From Thermomonas sp. (lineage in GTDB: Bacteria > Pseudomonadota > Gammaproteobacteria > Xanthomonadales > Xanthomonadaceae): 64,000 bases of DNA. Both the position numbers and the translations under genes were made by a program. Of this stretch, positions 17,933-28,500 are shown in pieces (positions within the stretch are counted from its first letter, which is position 1; each line of letters opens with the position of its first letter). The DNA is taken from assembly GCF_016720345.1 (NCBI RefSeq), contig NZ_JADKKV010000001.1, one strand, 5' to 3'. The notes below the pieces were generated by a model. The model ran no database searches and had not been told where the DNA came from. It saw only the letters and a list, made by a program, of their open reading frames with translations.

Positions 17933-19798
17933 ATGAACCGCACCGCACCCGTTTCGCGCCATCGCCCGTTGCGCCTGCCGTGGCTTGCATTGGGGATCGC
18001 GATCAGCAGCTTCGCCGCCGCCCAGAGCGCCCCGGACCCGGCCGCCGCGCCGACCAACCCCGACCTCGGCCCCGCGTTCTCGACCAAGAACGCGGCCTAC
18101 GTGCCGGTGCTGTTCGACGAGATCCCGGGCTGGGAGGACGAGAGCTTCGAGCAGACCTACGCCAGCTTCTCCTCCAACTGCAAGGCGATGAAGCGGCGCT
18201 CGGCGTGGGCGCCGATCTGCGCGAAGCTGGCCCGGTTGCCGAAGAACGACGCCGCCCTGCGCGCGTTCATGCACGACGAGTTCTACGCCTACCAGATGCT
18301 GACCCCGACCCGCGGCGCGACCGGCAAGCTGACCGGCTATTTCGAGCCGCTGATCGCCGGGTCGCTGCGCAGCGAGGGCGCCTACAGGTACCCGGTGTAC
18401 GGCATCCCCAACGACATGTACATGGTCGATTCGCGGACCGTGGCAGGCCAGTCCAGCCGCTGGCTGAAGCCCGCGCAGGGCAAGCTGGTCGGCGCCGAGG
18501 CCGGCACGCCGGGCGCGCGCCAGTACAAGATCGACCTCGCCGGGACCTCGCCCAACAATCGCGACAAGCGCTACCGGGTGCGCATCGTCGGCGACAGCGT
18601 GCGCCCCTACCTCACCCGCAAGCAGATCGACGCCGGCGGGATCGATGCGCCGGTGCTGGCGTGGGTGGCCGACCCGTACAAGCTGTATTCGATGCAGATC
18701 CAGGGCTCGGGCAAGATCCAGCTCAAGGATGGCGGCCTGATCCGGCTGGCCTACGCGGAGCAGAACGGCTACCCGTTCATGCCGAACGCGACCCGCGGCG
18801 ACCAGGACAACATGCTGCTGGCGATCAAGGCGCGCGCCCTGATGGAGCCGCCCACCGTCGATGTGCCGGGCGCGACCCGTGGTGCGAAGAAATCCGGCGG
18901 TTCGAGTGCATCGGACGACGAAGTCGCGCGCATCGTCGCTGCCCTGAGCAGCGGCGGCAGCACCACGGCCAGCACCTCAAGGCCGAAGGCAAAGGCGAAG
19001 CCCAGGCCGGTGGCCAAGAAAGCGGCGTCCAAGCGCCCCGCCCAGGGTACGCCAGGCGAAGCGCAGGAAGAGATCGCGGTAGACCCGTCCGACGTGGACG
19101 CGATGATCCAGTTCCTGCTGTCCGCACCGGTCGCCGATGAGAGCGTCTATGTCGCGGACGCGGAAGCCGCGCCGGAACCGGCCACCGCGACCAGCTCGCC
19201 GCGGCCGTCCTCCGCGCAGTCCTCCGCCCAGAAGGGGGCCCCGATGGACATGTCGGAGTTCGAGGGCAAGGGCGGCGGCAAGGGCGCGGGCCAGGCGGTG
19301 GGCAGCGGCAAGGCGGTGCCGGCCACCGGCATCCACGACCCGAGCTATGTGTTCTTCCGCCGCATCGGTGATGGCCCGGAAGGCCCGATCGGCGCGCTCG
19401 GCGTGCCCTTGAGCGCGGGCCGTTCGATGGCGGTGGACCCGCGCGCCACCCCGCTCGGCGCACCGGTGTTCATCGATGGCCAGCAACCCGGCGGCAAGGG
19501 ACCGATGCGCCGGCTGGTGTTCGCCCAGGACACCGGTGGCGCGATCCGCGGCAGCGTGCGCGGCGACTTCTTCTGGGGCTTCGGCGACAAGGCCGGCAAG
19601 ATGGCGCTGCAGACCAACCAACCGGTCAAGATGTGGCTGCTGCTGCCGAAGGCGGTGGCCGGCAGCGCCGCCGCCAGCGGGATCAAGACCCGCAGCGCCG
19701 GCGGGGTCGAGGCACTGCGCGACTGCGCGGTGCCGGACGAGGAGTTCTGCGTGGAGGACGACGGCAGCATCCTCGATGAGCTGCTGCCCGGCGGCTAG
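17933..19798 (+). CDS. mltA: MltA-family lytic murein transglycosylase with a large low-complexity insertion
   Basis: GGAGG sits 6 nt upstream of the ATG, and there is a signal peptide (LPWLALGIAISSFAAAQS). MltA blocks are LTGYFEPL, YSMQIQGSGKIQLKDGG...RLAYAEQNGY, DPSYVFF, GALGVPLSAGRSMAVD and the 3D-domain FAQDTGGAIRGSVRGDFFWGFGDKAG. 621 aa. Confidence 0.85.
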   Translation: MNRTAPVSRHRPLRLPWLALGIAISSFAAAQSAPDPAAAPTNPDLGPAFSTKNAAYVPVLFDEIPGWEDESFEQTYASFSSNCKAMKRRSAWAPICAKLARLPKNDAALRAFMHDEFYAYQMLTPTRGATGKLTGYFEPLIAGSLRSEGAYRYPVYGIPNDMYMVDSRTVAGQSSRWLKPAQGKLVGAEAGTPGARQYKIDLAGTSPNNRDKRYRVRIVGDSVRPYLTRKQIDAGGIDAPVLAWVADPYKLYSMQIQGSGKIQLKDGGLIRLAYAEQNGYPFMPNATRGDQDNMLLAIKARALMEPPTVDVPGATRGAKKSGGSSASDDEVARIVAALSSGGSTTASTSRPKAKAKPRPVAKKAASKRPAQGTPGEAQEEIAVDPSDVDAMIQFLLSAPVADESVYVADAEAAPEPATATSSPRPSSAQSSAQKGAPMDMSEFEGKGGGKGAGQAVGSGKAVPATGIHDPSYVFFRRIGDGPEGPIGALGVPLSAGRSMAVDPRATPLGAPVFIDGQQPGGKGPMRRLVFAQDTGGAIRGSVRGDFFWGFGDKAGKMALQTNQPVKMWLLLPKAVAGSAAASGIKTRSAGGVEALRDCAVPDEEFCVEDDGSILDELLPGG

Positions 19799-19903
19799 CG
19801 GCGCGGGCCGGCACACGGCATAGGCCATCCGGAGAATGGCCGCACCGGCGGCGGCTATCTAGCCTGTGGCGATACCGGGCGCGCGCGCCGCGACGCCCGG
19901 TCC

Positions 19904-21754
19904 ATGCCCGGGAACGCCATGCTCGACGAGCTGCTGCCCTATTACGAGAACGAACTGACCTACCTGCGACGGCTGTCGAAGGAGTTCGCCTCCAAGTACC
20001 CGAAGATCGCCTCGCGCCTGCAGATGGAAGGCGAGGTCTGCGAGGATCCGCACGTCGAGCGGATGATCGAGTCGTTCGCGTTCCTGACCTCGCGCATCCA
20101 CAAGAAGCTCGACGACGAATTCCCGCAGATCACCGAAGCGATGCTGTCGGTGCTGTACCCGCATTTCCTGCGCCCGGTGCCGTCGATGTCGGTGGCGCAA
20201 CTGCAGCTGGCGCCCGGCGCCGAGATCAGCGCGATGCAGGAGCTGCCGCGCCACAGCCAGCTGCTGACGCGGCCGGTGCAGGGCCTGCCGGTCCGCTACC
20301 GCACCGGCTACCCGGTCGAGGTCTGGCCGATCCGGATCGCCGCGGCGCAGCTGGAGGCCGCGGAGCGGTCGGCGTTCGCGGTCACCCAGGACGACACCGT
20401 CGCCACCATCCGGATCCGGGTCGAAGCGACAGGGCAGCTGCCGCTGTCGAAGCTGCCGATCCGGCGCCTGCGCCTGTACATCGACGGCGAGAGCCCGCTG
20501 GTGCACGCGCTGCACGAACTGCTGCTCAATTCCGCCACCGGCATCACCCTGCGCGCGCCGGACGATGCACCGCAGGTGCCGCCGCTGCGGCTGCCGGCAA
20601 CGTGCCTGCAGCCGGTCGGGTTCGCGGACGAGGATGCCCTGCTCGACTACGACCCGCGTTCCTTCCTCGGCTACCGGCTGATCCAGGAATACTTCGTGCT
20701 GCCGGAGAAGTTCCTGTTCATCGACCTGGCCGGGATCGACACCAGTCGCTTCGACCGCGCGATGGAGGTGGCGATCGAGCTCGGCAGCTTCGGCCGCCCA
20801 GAACGCCTGCAGCGGCTGGAACAGGCGGTGTCGGCGGACACCTTCCGCCTGTTCTGCACGCCGATCGTCAACCTGTTCAAGCAGCAGGGCGAGCCGATCC
20901 GGGTCTCGCAGGAGCGCCACGAGTACCAGGTGGTGCCGGACGTGCGCCGCCCGCTCGGGCTCGAGGTGTACTCGGTGGACTGGGTGCGCAAGGCCAGCCG
21001 GACCCCGACCAGCAACGACGTGGTCGAGTTCCATCCCGCCTATTCGGTGAAGCACGGCCTGCACGACGAAGGCGACGGCCATTACTGGTACCTGCAGCGG
21101 CGACCGTCGCTGCTGCCGAACGACGACGGCTCCGACGTCATGATCAGCCTGGTCGACCGCGACATGAATCCGCGCGCACCGGCGGTGGACACGCTGTCGC
21201 TGAGCCTGACCTGCACCAACCGCGACCTGCCCTCGGCGCTGCCATTCGGCGGCGACGACAGCCAGCTGCAGCTCGACCAGGGCGGCGTCATCGCCAGCGC
21301 GCGGCTGCTGAAGAAGCCCAGCGCGACCTGGCGCGCGCCGATGCGGCTGGCCAACCAGTGGCGGCTGATTTCGCACCTGTCGCTCAACCACCTGTCGATC
21401 GTCGACGGCGGCCGCGAGGCCCTGCTGGAGATCCTCAGCCTCTACAACTTCGCGGACTCGGTCACGGTGCGCAAGCAGATCGCCGGGATCAGCAACGTGT
21501 CGGGCCATCCGTCGGTGACCCGGGTCGGGCAGGCGCCGCGCCAGGCCTTCGTGCGCGGCACCGAGATCGAACTGGAGTTCGACGAGAACCAGTACGTCGG
21601 GTCCGGCGTGTACCTGATGGCCTGCGTGCTGGATCGCTTCCTCGGCCTGTACTGCACCGCCAACTCCTACACCCGCCTGAGCGTGCGCAGCCAGCAGCGC
21701 GAGGACTACATCGTGCGCTTCGCCCCGCGCAGCGGCAGCCTGCCGCTGGTATGA
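19904..21754 (+). CDS. tssF: T6SS baseplate subunit TssF
   Basis: LLPYYENELTYLRRLSKEFASKYPKIASRL...DPHVERMIESFAFLTSRIHKKLDDEFPQITEAMLSVLYPHFLRPVPS is the canonical TssF N-terminus. An alternative start at ATG 19919 (MLDELL) is equally plausible. Confidence 0.92.
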   Translation: MPGNAMLDELLPYYENELTYLRRLSKEFASKYPKIASRLQMEGEVCEDPHVERMIESFAFLTSRIHKKLDDEFPQITEAMLSVLYPHFLRPVPSMSVAQLQLAPGAEISAMQELPRHSQLLTRPVQGLPVRYRTGYPVEVWPIRIAAAQLEAAERSAFAVTQDDTVATIRIRVEATGQLPLSKLPIRRLRLYIDGESPLVHALHELLLNSATGITLRAPDDAPQVPPLRLPATCLQPVGFADEDALLDYDPRSFLGYRLIQEYFVLPEKFLFIDLAGIDTSRFDRAMEVAIELGSFGRPERLQRLEQAVSADTFRLFCTPIVNLFKQQGEPIRVSQERHEYQVVPDVRRPLGLEVYSVDWVRKASRTPTSNDVVEFHPAYSVKHGLHDEGDGHYWYLQRRPSLLPNDDGSDVMISLVDRDMNPRAPAVDTLSLSLTCTNRDLPSALPFGGDDSQLQLDQGGVIASARLLKKPSATWRAPMRLANQWRLISHLSLNHLSIVDGGREALLEILSLYNFADSVTVRKQIAGISNVSGHPSVTRVGQAPRQAFVRGTEIELEFDENQYVGSGVYLMACVLDRFLGLYCTANSYTRLSVRSQQREDYIVRFAPRSGSLPLV

Positions 21755-21778
21755 GCCCCTGCCGATGAACAGCGCCGC

Positions 21779-22879
21779 ATGAGCCTGGGCACCCCCATCG
21801 ACGGCGCCACCGCCAGCCCGCTGGTCGCGCCCGGCGACCCGATGCAGCCGGCGATCGACCGCCTGCTCAACGATCCCGGCCGCTTCGGCTTCTTCCAGGC
21901 GGTGCGGCTGCTGTACAGCGTCGGCGGCTTCGACGGCCGCGGCACCGGCGCCCGCCCCGGCCCGCTGCGCTTCACCACCCCGGCCTCGCTGTCGTTCCCG
22001 CCATCGGAGCTGCATTCGATCGCGCAGGCGGATGCCAGCACCCGCGTGTGCGTCAACTTCTTCGGCCTCACCGGGCCCTCCGGAGTGCTGCCGCGCACCT
22101 ACACGGAGCTGCTGATCGCGCGCAAGCAGGTGCAGCGCGACCAGAGCGCGCAGGAATTCTTCGACCTGTTCAACCACCGGCTGGTGTCGCTGTTCTGGCT
22201 GGCATGGGCCAAGCACCGGCCCGAAATCGGCCGCCAGTTCGGTTTCAACAATTCGGTCTACCGTTACCTGGAGCACATCGTCGGCCTTGGCACGCCGGCG
22301 CTGCAGGCGCGGCTGCATCCGACCAGGCGCGGCGCCACGCCGGTGAAGGCGCTGCCCAGCGCGGCCCTGAGCTACTTCTCCGGCCTGATCGCGCAGCGCC
22401 CCCACGGCGAACGCGCGATCGCGCAGGTGGTGTCGGCGGTGGTCGCGGCGCCGGTGCAGGCGACCGGCTGCCTGGGCACCTGGCAGGACATCGCCGCCGA
22501 TGCGCGCACCCGGCTCGGCCGCGGCAACCACCGCCTCGGCGCCGGCTGCGTGCTCGGCACCCGCTACTGGGACCGGCAGACCACCCTGCGCCTGACCATC
22601 GGACCGATCGACCGCGCCAGGTTCAACGCCCTGCTGCCACGCGGCGCCAGGCTGGCGGACATCATCGAACTGACCCGCTTCCTGACCGGACTGGCGCTGG
22701 ACCTGCGCATCCGCCTGTCGCTGCGCGCCGACCAGGTCCCGCCGCTGCGGCTTGGCGCACGCGACCAGGACCGCCCGCAACTGGGCTGGAACACCTGGCT
22801 GCGCGGGCGCAGCGATCCGCGTCCCGCGAACGACTGCGAATTCCACTTTTCCGCCCTTGGAGGCCAATCATGGCACTGA
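21779..22879 (+). CDS. tssG: T6SS baseplate subunit TssG
   Basis: 366 aa; LLNDPGRFGFFQAVRLL...NFFGLTGPSGVLP...LGTRYWDRQ are TssG hallmarks. It lies directly downstream of tssF. Confidence 0.9.
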   Translation: MSLGTPIDGATASPLVAPGDPMQPAIDRLLNDPGRFGFFQAVRLLYSVGGFDGRGTGARPGPLRFTTPASLSFPPSELHSIAQADASTRVCVNFFGLTGPSGVLPRTYTELLIARKQVQRDQSAQEFFDLFNHRLVSLFWLAWAKHRPEIGRQFGFNNSVYRYLEHIVGLGTPALQARLHPTRRGATPVKALPSAALSYFSGLIAQRPHGERAIAQVVSAVVAAPVQATGCLGTWQDIAADARTRLGRGNHRLGAGCVLGTRYWDRQTTLRLTIGPIDRARFNALLPRGARLADIIELTRFLTGLALDLRIRLSLRADQVPPLRLGARDQDRPQLGWNTWLRGRSDPRPANDCEFHFSALGGQSWH

Positions 22880-25539
22880 ACCTGCGCGCGCTGATCGCAC
22901 GCCTGAACACCACCGTCCGCGGCGCGATGGAAGGCGCGGCGGGCCTGTGCATGTCGCGCGGCCACTACGAGGTCGAGGTCGAGCACGTGCTGCTGAAGCT
23001 GATGGAGGTGGAGAACACCGACATCCGCCGCATCCTGCGCCAGTTCGAGATCGCGCCGGAGGCGCTGGAACGCGAGCTGGGCAAGGCGCTCGACGGCTTC
23101 AAGGCCGGCAACCAGCGCACCCCGGCGTTGTCGGCGATGATCCCGAAGCTGTTCGAGGCCGCATGGGGCTGGGCGTCGATCGAATACGGCGAAGCCAAGA
23201 TCCGCAGCGGCCACGTGCTGGTCGCGCTGCTGGCGGATTCGGAACTGCGCCGGCTGGTCAGCGTCAGCGCGCGTTCGCTCGAGAAGATCAATTTCGAGAC
23301 CCTGACCAAGAATTTCCATGCGCTCACCGAGGCCTCCAGCGAAGCGCGCGATGCGCGCGCCCTGGGTGACGCCGGCGGCGCCCTGTCGGGCACCGGCGCC
23401 GACGCGGCAACCCCGGGCGCGGCCGCAGCCGGCGGCAAGCCCAGCCGCACGCCGAACCTGGACCAGTACTGCATCAACCTGACCCAGCGCGCGCGCGAGG
23501 GCAAACTGGACCCGGTGCTCGGGCGCGATGCCGAGATCCGCCTGATGATCGACGTGCTGACCCGGCGCCGGCAGAACAACCCGATCCTCACCGGCGAGGC
23601 CGGCGTGGGCAAGACCGCGGTGGTCGAGGGACTGGCCGCGCGGATCGCCACCGACGACGTGCCGCCGATCCTGCGCGGGGTCGAACTGCTGTCGCTGGAC
23701 CTTGGCCTGCTGCAGGCCGGCGCCAGCGTCAAGGGCGAATTCGAGAACCGGCTGAAGGGCGTGATCGAGGAGGTCAAGTCCAGCCCCAAGCCGATCATCA
23801 TGTTCATCGACGAGGCGCACACCCTGATCGGCGCCGGCGGCGCGGCCGGCCAGAACGATGCGGCCAACCTGCTGAAACCCGCCCTGGCGCGCGGCGAGAT
23901 GCGCACCATCGCCGCAACCACCTGGAGCGAATACAAGAAGTACTTCGAGAAGGACCCCGCCCTCACCCGTCGCTTCCAGGTGGTCAAGGTCGACGAGCCC
24001 GACGATGCCAAGGCGGTGTCGATGCTGCGTGGGGTCGGCCAGGCGATGGCCGCGCACCACAAGGTGCGCATCCTCGACGAGGCGATCACCGAAGCGGTGA
24101 AGCTGAGCTCGCGCTTCATCCCGGGCCGCCAGCTGCCGGACAAGGCGGTCAGCGTGCTCGACACCGCCTGCGCCAAGATCGCGATCGGCCAGAACGCCAC
24201 CCCGGCGCGGATCGAGGACGCGCGCAGGCGGCTGGACGTGCTGGCCACCGAGCGTGCGCAACTGGAAAAGGAAGCCGCCGGCGGCAGCGACCATGGCAAG
24301 CGCCTCGCCGAGATCGCCGAGGAGACCGCGGGGGCCAGCGAAACCCTGGCCGCGGACGAGGCCCGCTTCGCGCAGGAGAAGGAACTGGTGGCGAAGATCC
24401 ACGCCGAGCTCGACAAGGTCGAGGCATTGCCGGCCGATGATCCCGGTCGCGCCGACGCGGTGGCCACGCTCAACGCCATCCGCGCCGAGCTGAAGGCACT
24501 GCAGGGCTTCGAGCCGATGATCCTGCCGGTGGTGGATTCCAGCGCGGTCGCCGAGATCATCGCCGGCTGGACCGGCATTCCGGTCGGCCGGATGGTCGCC
24601 GACGAGATCCAGACCGTGCTGCGCCTGCAGGACACGCTTGAGGAGCGCGTGATCGGCCAGAGCCACGCGCTCGAGGCGATCGCCCAGCGCGTGCGCACCT
24701 CGCGCGCCAACCTGGAGGACCCGGACAAGCCGAAGGGCGTGTTCCTGCTGGTCGGCACCTCCGGCGTCGGCAAGACCGAGACCGCGATCGCGCTGGCCGA
24801 TGCACTGTACGGCGGCGAGCGCAGCATGATCACGATTGCGATGTCCGAGTACCAGGAGGCGCATACCGTCAGCAGCCTGAAGGGCAGCCCGCCCGGCTAC
24901 GTGGGCTATGGCGAGGGCGGCGTGCTGACCGAGGCGGTGCGCCGCCGGCCGTATTCGGTGGTGCTGCTGGACGAGATCGAGAAGGCGCACCCGGACGTGC
25001 TGGAGCTGTTCTTCCAGGTGTTCGACAAGGGCCGCATGGAAGACGGCGAAGGCCGCGAGATCGATTTCCGCAATACGCTCATCATCCTCACCTCCAACGC
25101 CGGCACCGACCTGGTGATGCAGGCCTGCAACGAGTCCGAGGAACTGCCGACGGTGGCCTACCTCAACGAGTTGCTGAAGCCGGAGCTCAACCGCACCTTC
25201 AAGCCGGCCTTCCTCGGCCGCACCGCGGTGATCCCGTACTACCCGCTGCGCGACGAGAACATGCGCAAGATCGTGCGCCTGAAGCTCAACAAGATCGGCA
25301 AGCGGATCAAGGCCAACCACGGCGCCACCCTGGAATACGACGAGGCGGTGGTGGACGCCATCGCCAGGCGCTGCACCGAGGTCGATTCCGGCGCGCGCAA
25401 CATCGACAACATCCTGACCGGGACGGTGCTGCCGGAGGTGTCCGGCCACGTGCTGGAGCGGATGGCCGAAGGCGGCACGATCAGCGAGATCCGGATCGCG
25501 GTCGGCGGGGACGGCGGTTTCGCGTACGCGGTGACCTGA
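22870..25539 (+). CDS. clpV: T6SS AAA+ ATPase ClpV (TssH)
   Basis: The start is ATG 22870 (MALNLRALIARLNTTVRGAMEGAAGLCMSRGHYEVEVEHVLLKL); the 1163-aa track ORF is a shadow extension over tssG. There are two Walker A loops (GEAGVGKTAVVEGLA and GTSGVGKTETAIALA). About 889 aa. Confidence 0.93.
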   Translation: MALNLRALIARLNTTVRGAMEGAAGLCMSRGHYEVEVEHVLLKLMEVENTDIRRILRQFEIAPEALERELGKALDGFKAGNQRTPALSAMIPKLFEAAWGWASIEYGEAKIRSGHVLVALLADSELRRLVSVSARSLEKINFETLTKNFHALTEASSEARDARALGDAGGALSGTGADAATPGAAAAGGKPSRTPNLDQYCINLTQRAREGKLDPVLGRDAEIRLMIDVLTRRRQNNPILTGEAGVGKTAVVEGLAARIATDDVPPILRGVELLSLDLGLLQAGASVKGEFENRLKGVIEEVKSSPKPIIMFIDEAHTLIGAGGAAGQNDAANLLKPALARGEMRTIAATTWSEYKKYFEKDPALTRRFQVVKVDEPDDAKAVSMLRGVGQAMAAHHKVRILDEAITEAVKLSSRFIPGRQLPDKAVSVLDTACAKIAIGQNATPARIEDARRRLDVLATERAQLEKEAAGGSDHGKRLAEIAEETAGASETLAADEARFAQEKELVAKIHAELDKVEALPADDPGRADAVATLNAIRAELKALQGFEPMILPVVDSSAVAEIIAGWTGIPVGRMVADEIQTVLRLQDTLEERVIGQSHALEAIAQRVRTSRANLEDPDKPKGVFLLVGTSGVGKTETAIALADALYGGERSMITIAMSEYQEAHTVSSLKGSPPGYVGYGEGGVLTEAVRRRPYSVVLLDEIEKAHPDVLELFFQVFDKGRMEDGEGREIDFRNTLIILTSNAGTDLVMQACNESEELPTVAYLNELLKPELNRTFKPAFLGRTAVIPYYPLRDENMRKIVRLKLNKIGKRIKANHGATLEYDEAVVDAIARRCTEVDSGARNIDNILTGTVLPEVSGHVLERMAEGGTISEIRIAVGGDGGFAYAVT

Positions 25540-25663
25540 CGCCAACAGCACTAGGCCCTTCGCGCTATCCACGGCCTGGCCCACGGGCCGCGGCTAGCAC
25601 TTCCGGACGAATGTCGCGCGGCGCCGCGACCGACGACGATAGGCAGCACAAGCGACCACGACC

Positions 25664-27790
25664 ATGCCCTCCAGCCTTTCCACCAGCAACCGGATGTACT
25701 TCGTCACCCTGCACGACTACGGGGAGGACGACCTGCTGATCGAGGAAATGACCGGACAGGAGGCGATGTCGCAGCTGTTCCAGTTCCGCCTGCGCCTGCT
25801 GTCCGAGCGCGACGACATCGACCCGCGCAGGATCATCGCCAAGCCGGCGATCCTGCGCACCGAGACCCGCGACATCCACCACATGGGTGGCGAGCGCCAC
25901 TGGAACGGGGTGGTCTCACGCTTCCAGCGCACCGGCCGCACCGCCTCGCCGGATGGCGACAGCGTGTATTCCTACGAATGCGACATCGTGCCGTGGTTCT
26001 GGTTCCTGACCCAGCACGAGGATTGCCGCATCTTCCAGAACAAGACGGTCCGCGAGATCGTCGAGGCCATCTTCGAAGAGTTCGCCTACACCGATTTCCG
26101 CTTCGACCTGACCGAGAACCACCCGTCGCTGGAGTACTGCACGCAGTACCACGAGACCACCTTCGACTTCATCTCGCGGCTGCTGGAACGCGAGGGCATC
26201 CACTACTACTTCCGCCACTACGAGGAAGGCGGGGAAACCCGGCACCTGCTGGTGTTCAGCGACAACAACGGCAGCAACCCGGCGCTGGACCCGGACACGG
26301 TCCCGTTCGACGAGGAAGGCCATACCGAGGAATTCGACGCGATCCAGGCGCTGGCCCTGGACCAGCAGATGCGCACCCGCAAGGTCACCCTTGGCGACTG
26401 GGACTTCGTGCGCAAGCGGTTGCTGCGCGAAGACACGCCAACCGTGCTGTCGATCGGCGCGGACCGCGACCTGGAGCGCTACCGCTACCCGGGCGGCTTC
26501 GTCGAGCCGGCGCTCGGCAAGTACCGTTCGCGCGTGATCATGGAGGCGGAGGAATCCAGCCACATGCGCTTCCGTGGCAACGGCAAGGTCCGCACGCTGG
26601 CGCCCGGCCACACCTTCACCCTGGAAGACCACCCCTTCGATGAATTCAACATCGAATACATGGTGCTGTCGGTCTGGCACCACGGCCGCAACAACCTGAC
26701 CGGCAATGGCGCGCCATCGGACTACGCCAACGAATTCAGCCTGCAACCGCACGAGGTCACCTGGCGCGCCCCGCTGTCCACGCCGAAGGGCCTGGTGCGC
26801 GGCCCGCAGACGGCGCTGGTGACCGGCCCCGCGGGCGAGGAGATCCACACCGACCAATACGGCCGGATCAAGATCCAGTTCCACTGGGACCGCCTGGGAC
26901 GCTACGACGACCGCAGCTCGTGCTGGGTGCGGGTGGCGCAGACCTGGGCCGGGAACGGCTTCGGCACGATGTTCATCCCGCGGGTCGGGATGGAGGTGGT
27001 GGTCGACTTCCTGGAGGGGGACCCGGACCAGCCGATCGTCACCGGTTGCGTCTACAACGGCGTCAACCGGCCACCGTATGCGCCCCCAGGCCCCGGCCCG
27101 GCGACCAAGTCGGGCATCAAGACCTTGTCCTCGAAGGGTGGTGGCGGCACCAACGAGCTGCTCTTCGAGGACAAGAAGGGCAGCGAGGAAGTCTTCCTGC
27201 AGGCGGAGAAGGACCTCAACGTCAAGGTCAAGGCCAACCGCACCGAATCGGTCGGCGGCGATTCCAACCACGACCTCGCCGGCAAGCAGCGGATATACGT
27301 CGGCGGCGACCGCCACCTCAAGGTGGATGGCGCCAGCACCATGGTCGTCAAGGCCGACTTGATGCAGGGCAGCAAGGGCGACCAGGAACTGCTTTCGGAG
27401 CAGGAGTTGCGCCTGCTCGGGAAGTCCTCGGTCCGGATCGGCAGCAGGAGCGGCATCGACATCCATGGCGGGATGAAGCTGGTGATGGAGGCGAACACGC
27501 TGATCAGCCTCAAGGTCGGCGGCAGCGGCATCGTGATCGACCCCAGCGGGGTCAGCGTGATCGGGCCGATCATCAAGCAGAACTCCGGCGGCGCGCCCAG
27601 TGCCGCGAGTGCACCGTCCGGCTTCAGCGCCGAGAAGGCGCAGGGCTCCCATGGCACCGAGGATGGCCAGGTCACCGACCCCGGCCAGCAGTTGCAGGCG
27701 CAGGCGCTGCGCAATGCCGCACTCGCCGGCCAGCCGTTCTGCGCCGAATGCGAAGCCGCCCGCGCCGCCTACGCGGCGCTGATGGCATGA
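25664..27790 (+). CDS. vgrG: T6SS spike protein VgrG (TssI)
   Basis: 708 aa with the gp27-like N-terminus (MSQLFQFRLRLLS...WFWFLTQHEDCRIFQNKTVREIV...FDFISRLLEREGIHYYF) and a gp5 OB/beta-helix region (WAGNGFGTMFIPRVGMEVVVDFLEGDPDQPIVTGCVYN). The short C-terminal tail ends ...ALAGQPFCAECEAARAAYAALMA. Confidence 0.93.
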   Translation: MPSSLSTSNRMYFVTLHDYGEDDLLIEEMTGQEAMSQLFQFRLRLLSERDDIDPRRIIAKPAILRTETRDIHHMGGERHWNGVVSRFQRTGRTASPDGDSVYSYECDIVPWFWFLTQHEDCRIFQNKTVREIVEAIFEEFAYTDFRFDLTENHPSLEYCTQYHETTFDFISRLLEREGIHYYFRHYEEGGETRHLLVFSDNNGSNPALDPDTVPFDEEGHTEEFDAIQALALDQQMRTRKVTLGDWDFVRKRLLREDTPTVLSIGADRDLERYRYPGGFVEPALGKYRSRVIMEAEESSHMRFRGNGKVRTLAPGHTFTLEDHPFDEFNIEYMVLSVWHHGRNNLTGNGAPSDYANEFSLQPHEVTWRAPLSTPKGLVRGPQTALVTGPAGEEIHTDQYGRIKIQFHWDRLGRYDDRSSCWVRVAQTWAGNGFGTMFIPRVGMEVVVDFLEGDPDQPIVTGCVYNGVNRPPYAPPGPGPATKSGIKTLSSKGGGGTNELLFEDKKGSEEVFLQAEKDLNVKVKANRTESVGGDSNHDLAGKQRIYVGGDRHLKVDGASTMVVKADLMQGSKGDQELLSEQELRLLGKSSVRIGSRSGIDIHGGMKLVMEANTLISLKVGGSGIVIDPSGVSVIGPIIKQNSGGAPSAASAPSGFSAEKAQGSHGTEDGQVTDPGQQLQAQALRNAALAGQPFCAECEAARAAYAALMA

Positions 27791-27911
27791 CCTGTTTCAC
27801 CGCCGTGTCACGTATGACTGATGGCATGGGGACGCAAGCTGTCCGTCGCCCGGGCCATGGTGCGCAACGGCCGCCGCATGCCGCCCCGGGCCGCATGCGA
27901 CGCCACGCGCC

Positions 27912-28487
27912 GTGCCGATGAACGCTCGGAGACGAGACCAGGTGATCCCGCAAGGCCAATACGAATCGCTGCACAAACTGGTCTTCGGGCAGCGTGCGCG
28001 GGCCGTCTACGCGGTCATGGACGGCGCCATGATCGAAGGCCTGCCCGGGCGGCTGGCGGAGATCGCACCCGATGCCGCCTGCCTGTTCGAAGGGGCGCTG
28101 GATCCCATGCTCAGCGCCGCCGCCCCGTGGCTGGTGAAACTGGACCCGGACTCCACCGCCACCCAGATGGCATTGCGCGACGGCTGGAACGGCCACTGGG
28201 GCATCGTGTTGCAGACCGACCCCGCGCTCGACCTGCGCGCGGTGCGTTCGCACCTGCGCCGGGTCCTGCGCGTGCGCGCGCCGGATGGCGCCAGCATGCT
28301 GTTCCGCTTCTACGACCCGCGCGCGTTCCGGACCGTCATCCCGGTGCTGGACCCGCCTGCTCGCCGGGAGTTCTTCGGCCCGATCCACGGCGTTTTCGTG
28401 GAGGGTCGCAGCCCCGACTCCGTGCTGTTCTTCGCCCGCGATGGCAGGCCGGAGCCGCAGGCGTTGCCGCTTGCGTCCGCGGCCTGA
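27912..28487 (+). CDS. DUF4123-family T6SS adaptor/chaperone (Tap/Tec-like), short form
   Basis: 191 aa; VYAVMDGAMIEGL...AAPWLVKLD...GHWGIVLQT...LRAVRSHLRRVLRVRAPDGASMLFRFYDPRAF follows the DUF4123 consensus as I remember it. It is immediately downstream of vgrG. Confidence 0.75.
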   Translation: MPMNARRRDQVIPQGQYESLHKLVFGQRARAVYAVMDGAMIEGLPGRLAEIAPDAACLFEGALDPMLSAAAPWLVKLDPDSTATQMALRDGWNGHWGIVLQTDPALDLRAVRSHLRRVLRVRAPDGASMLFRFYDPRAFRTVIPVLDPPARREFFGPIHGVFVEGRSPDSVLFFARDGRPEPQALPLASAA

Positions 28488-28500
28488 AGGAGCCAACCAG

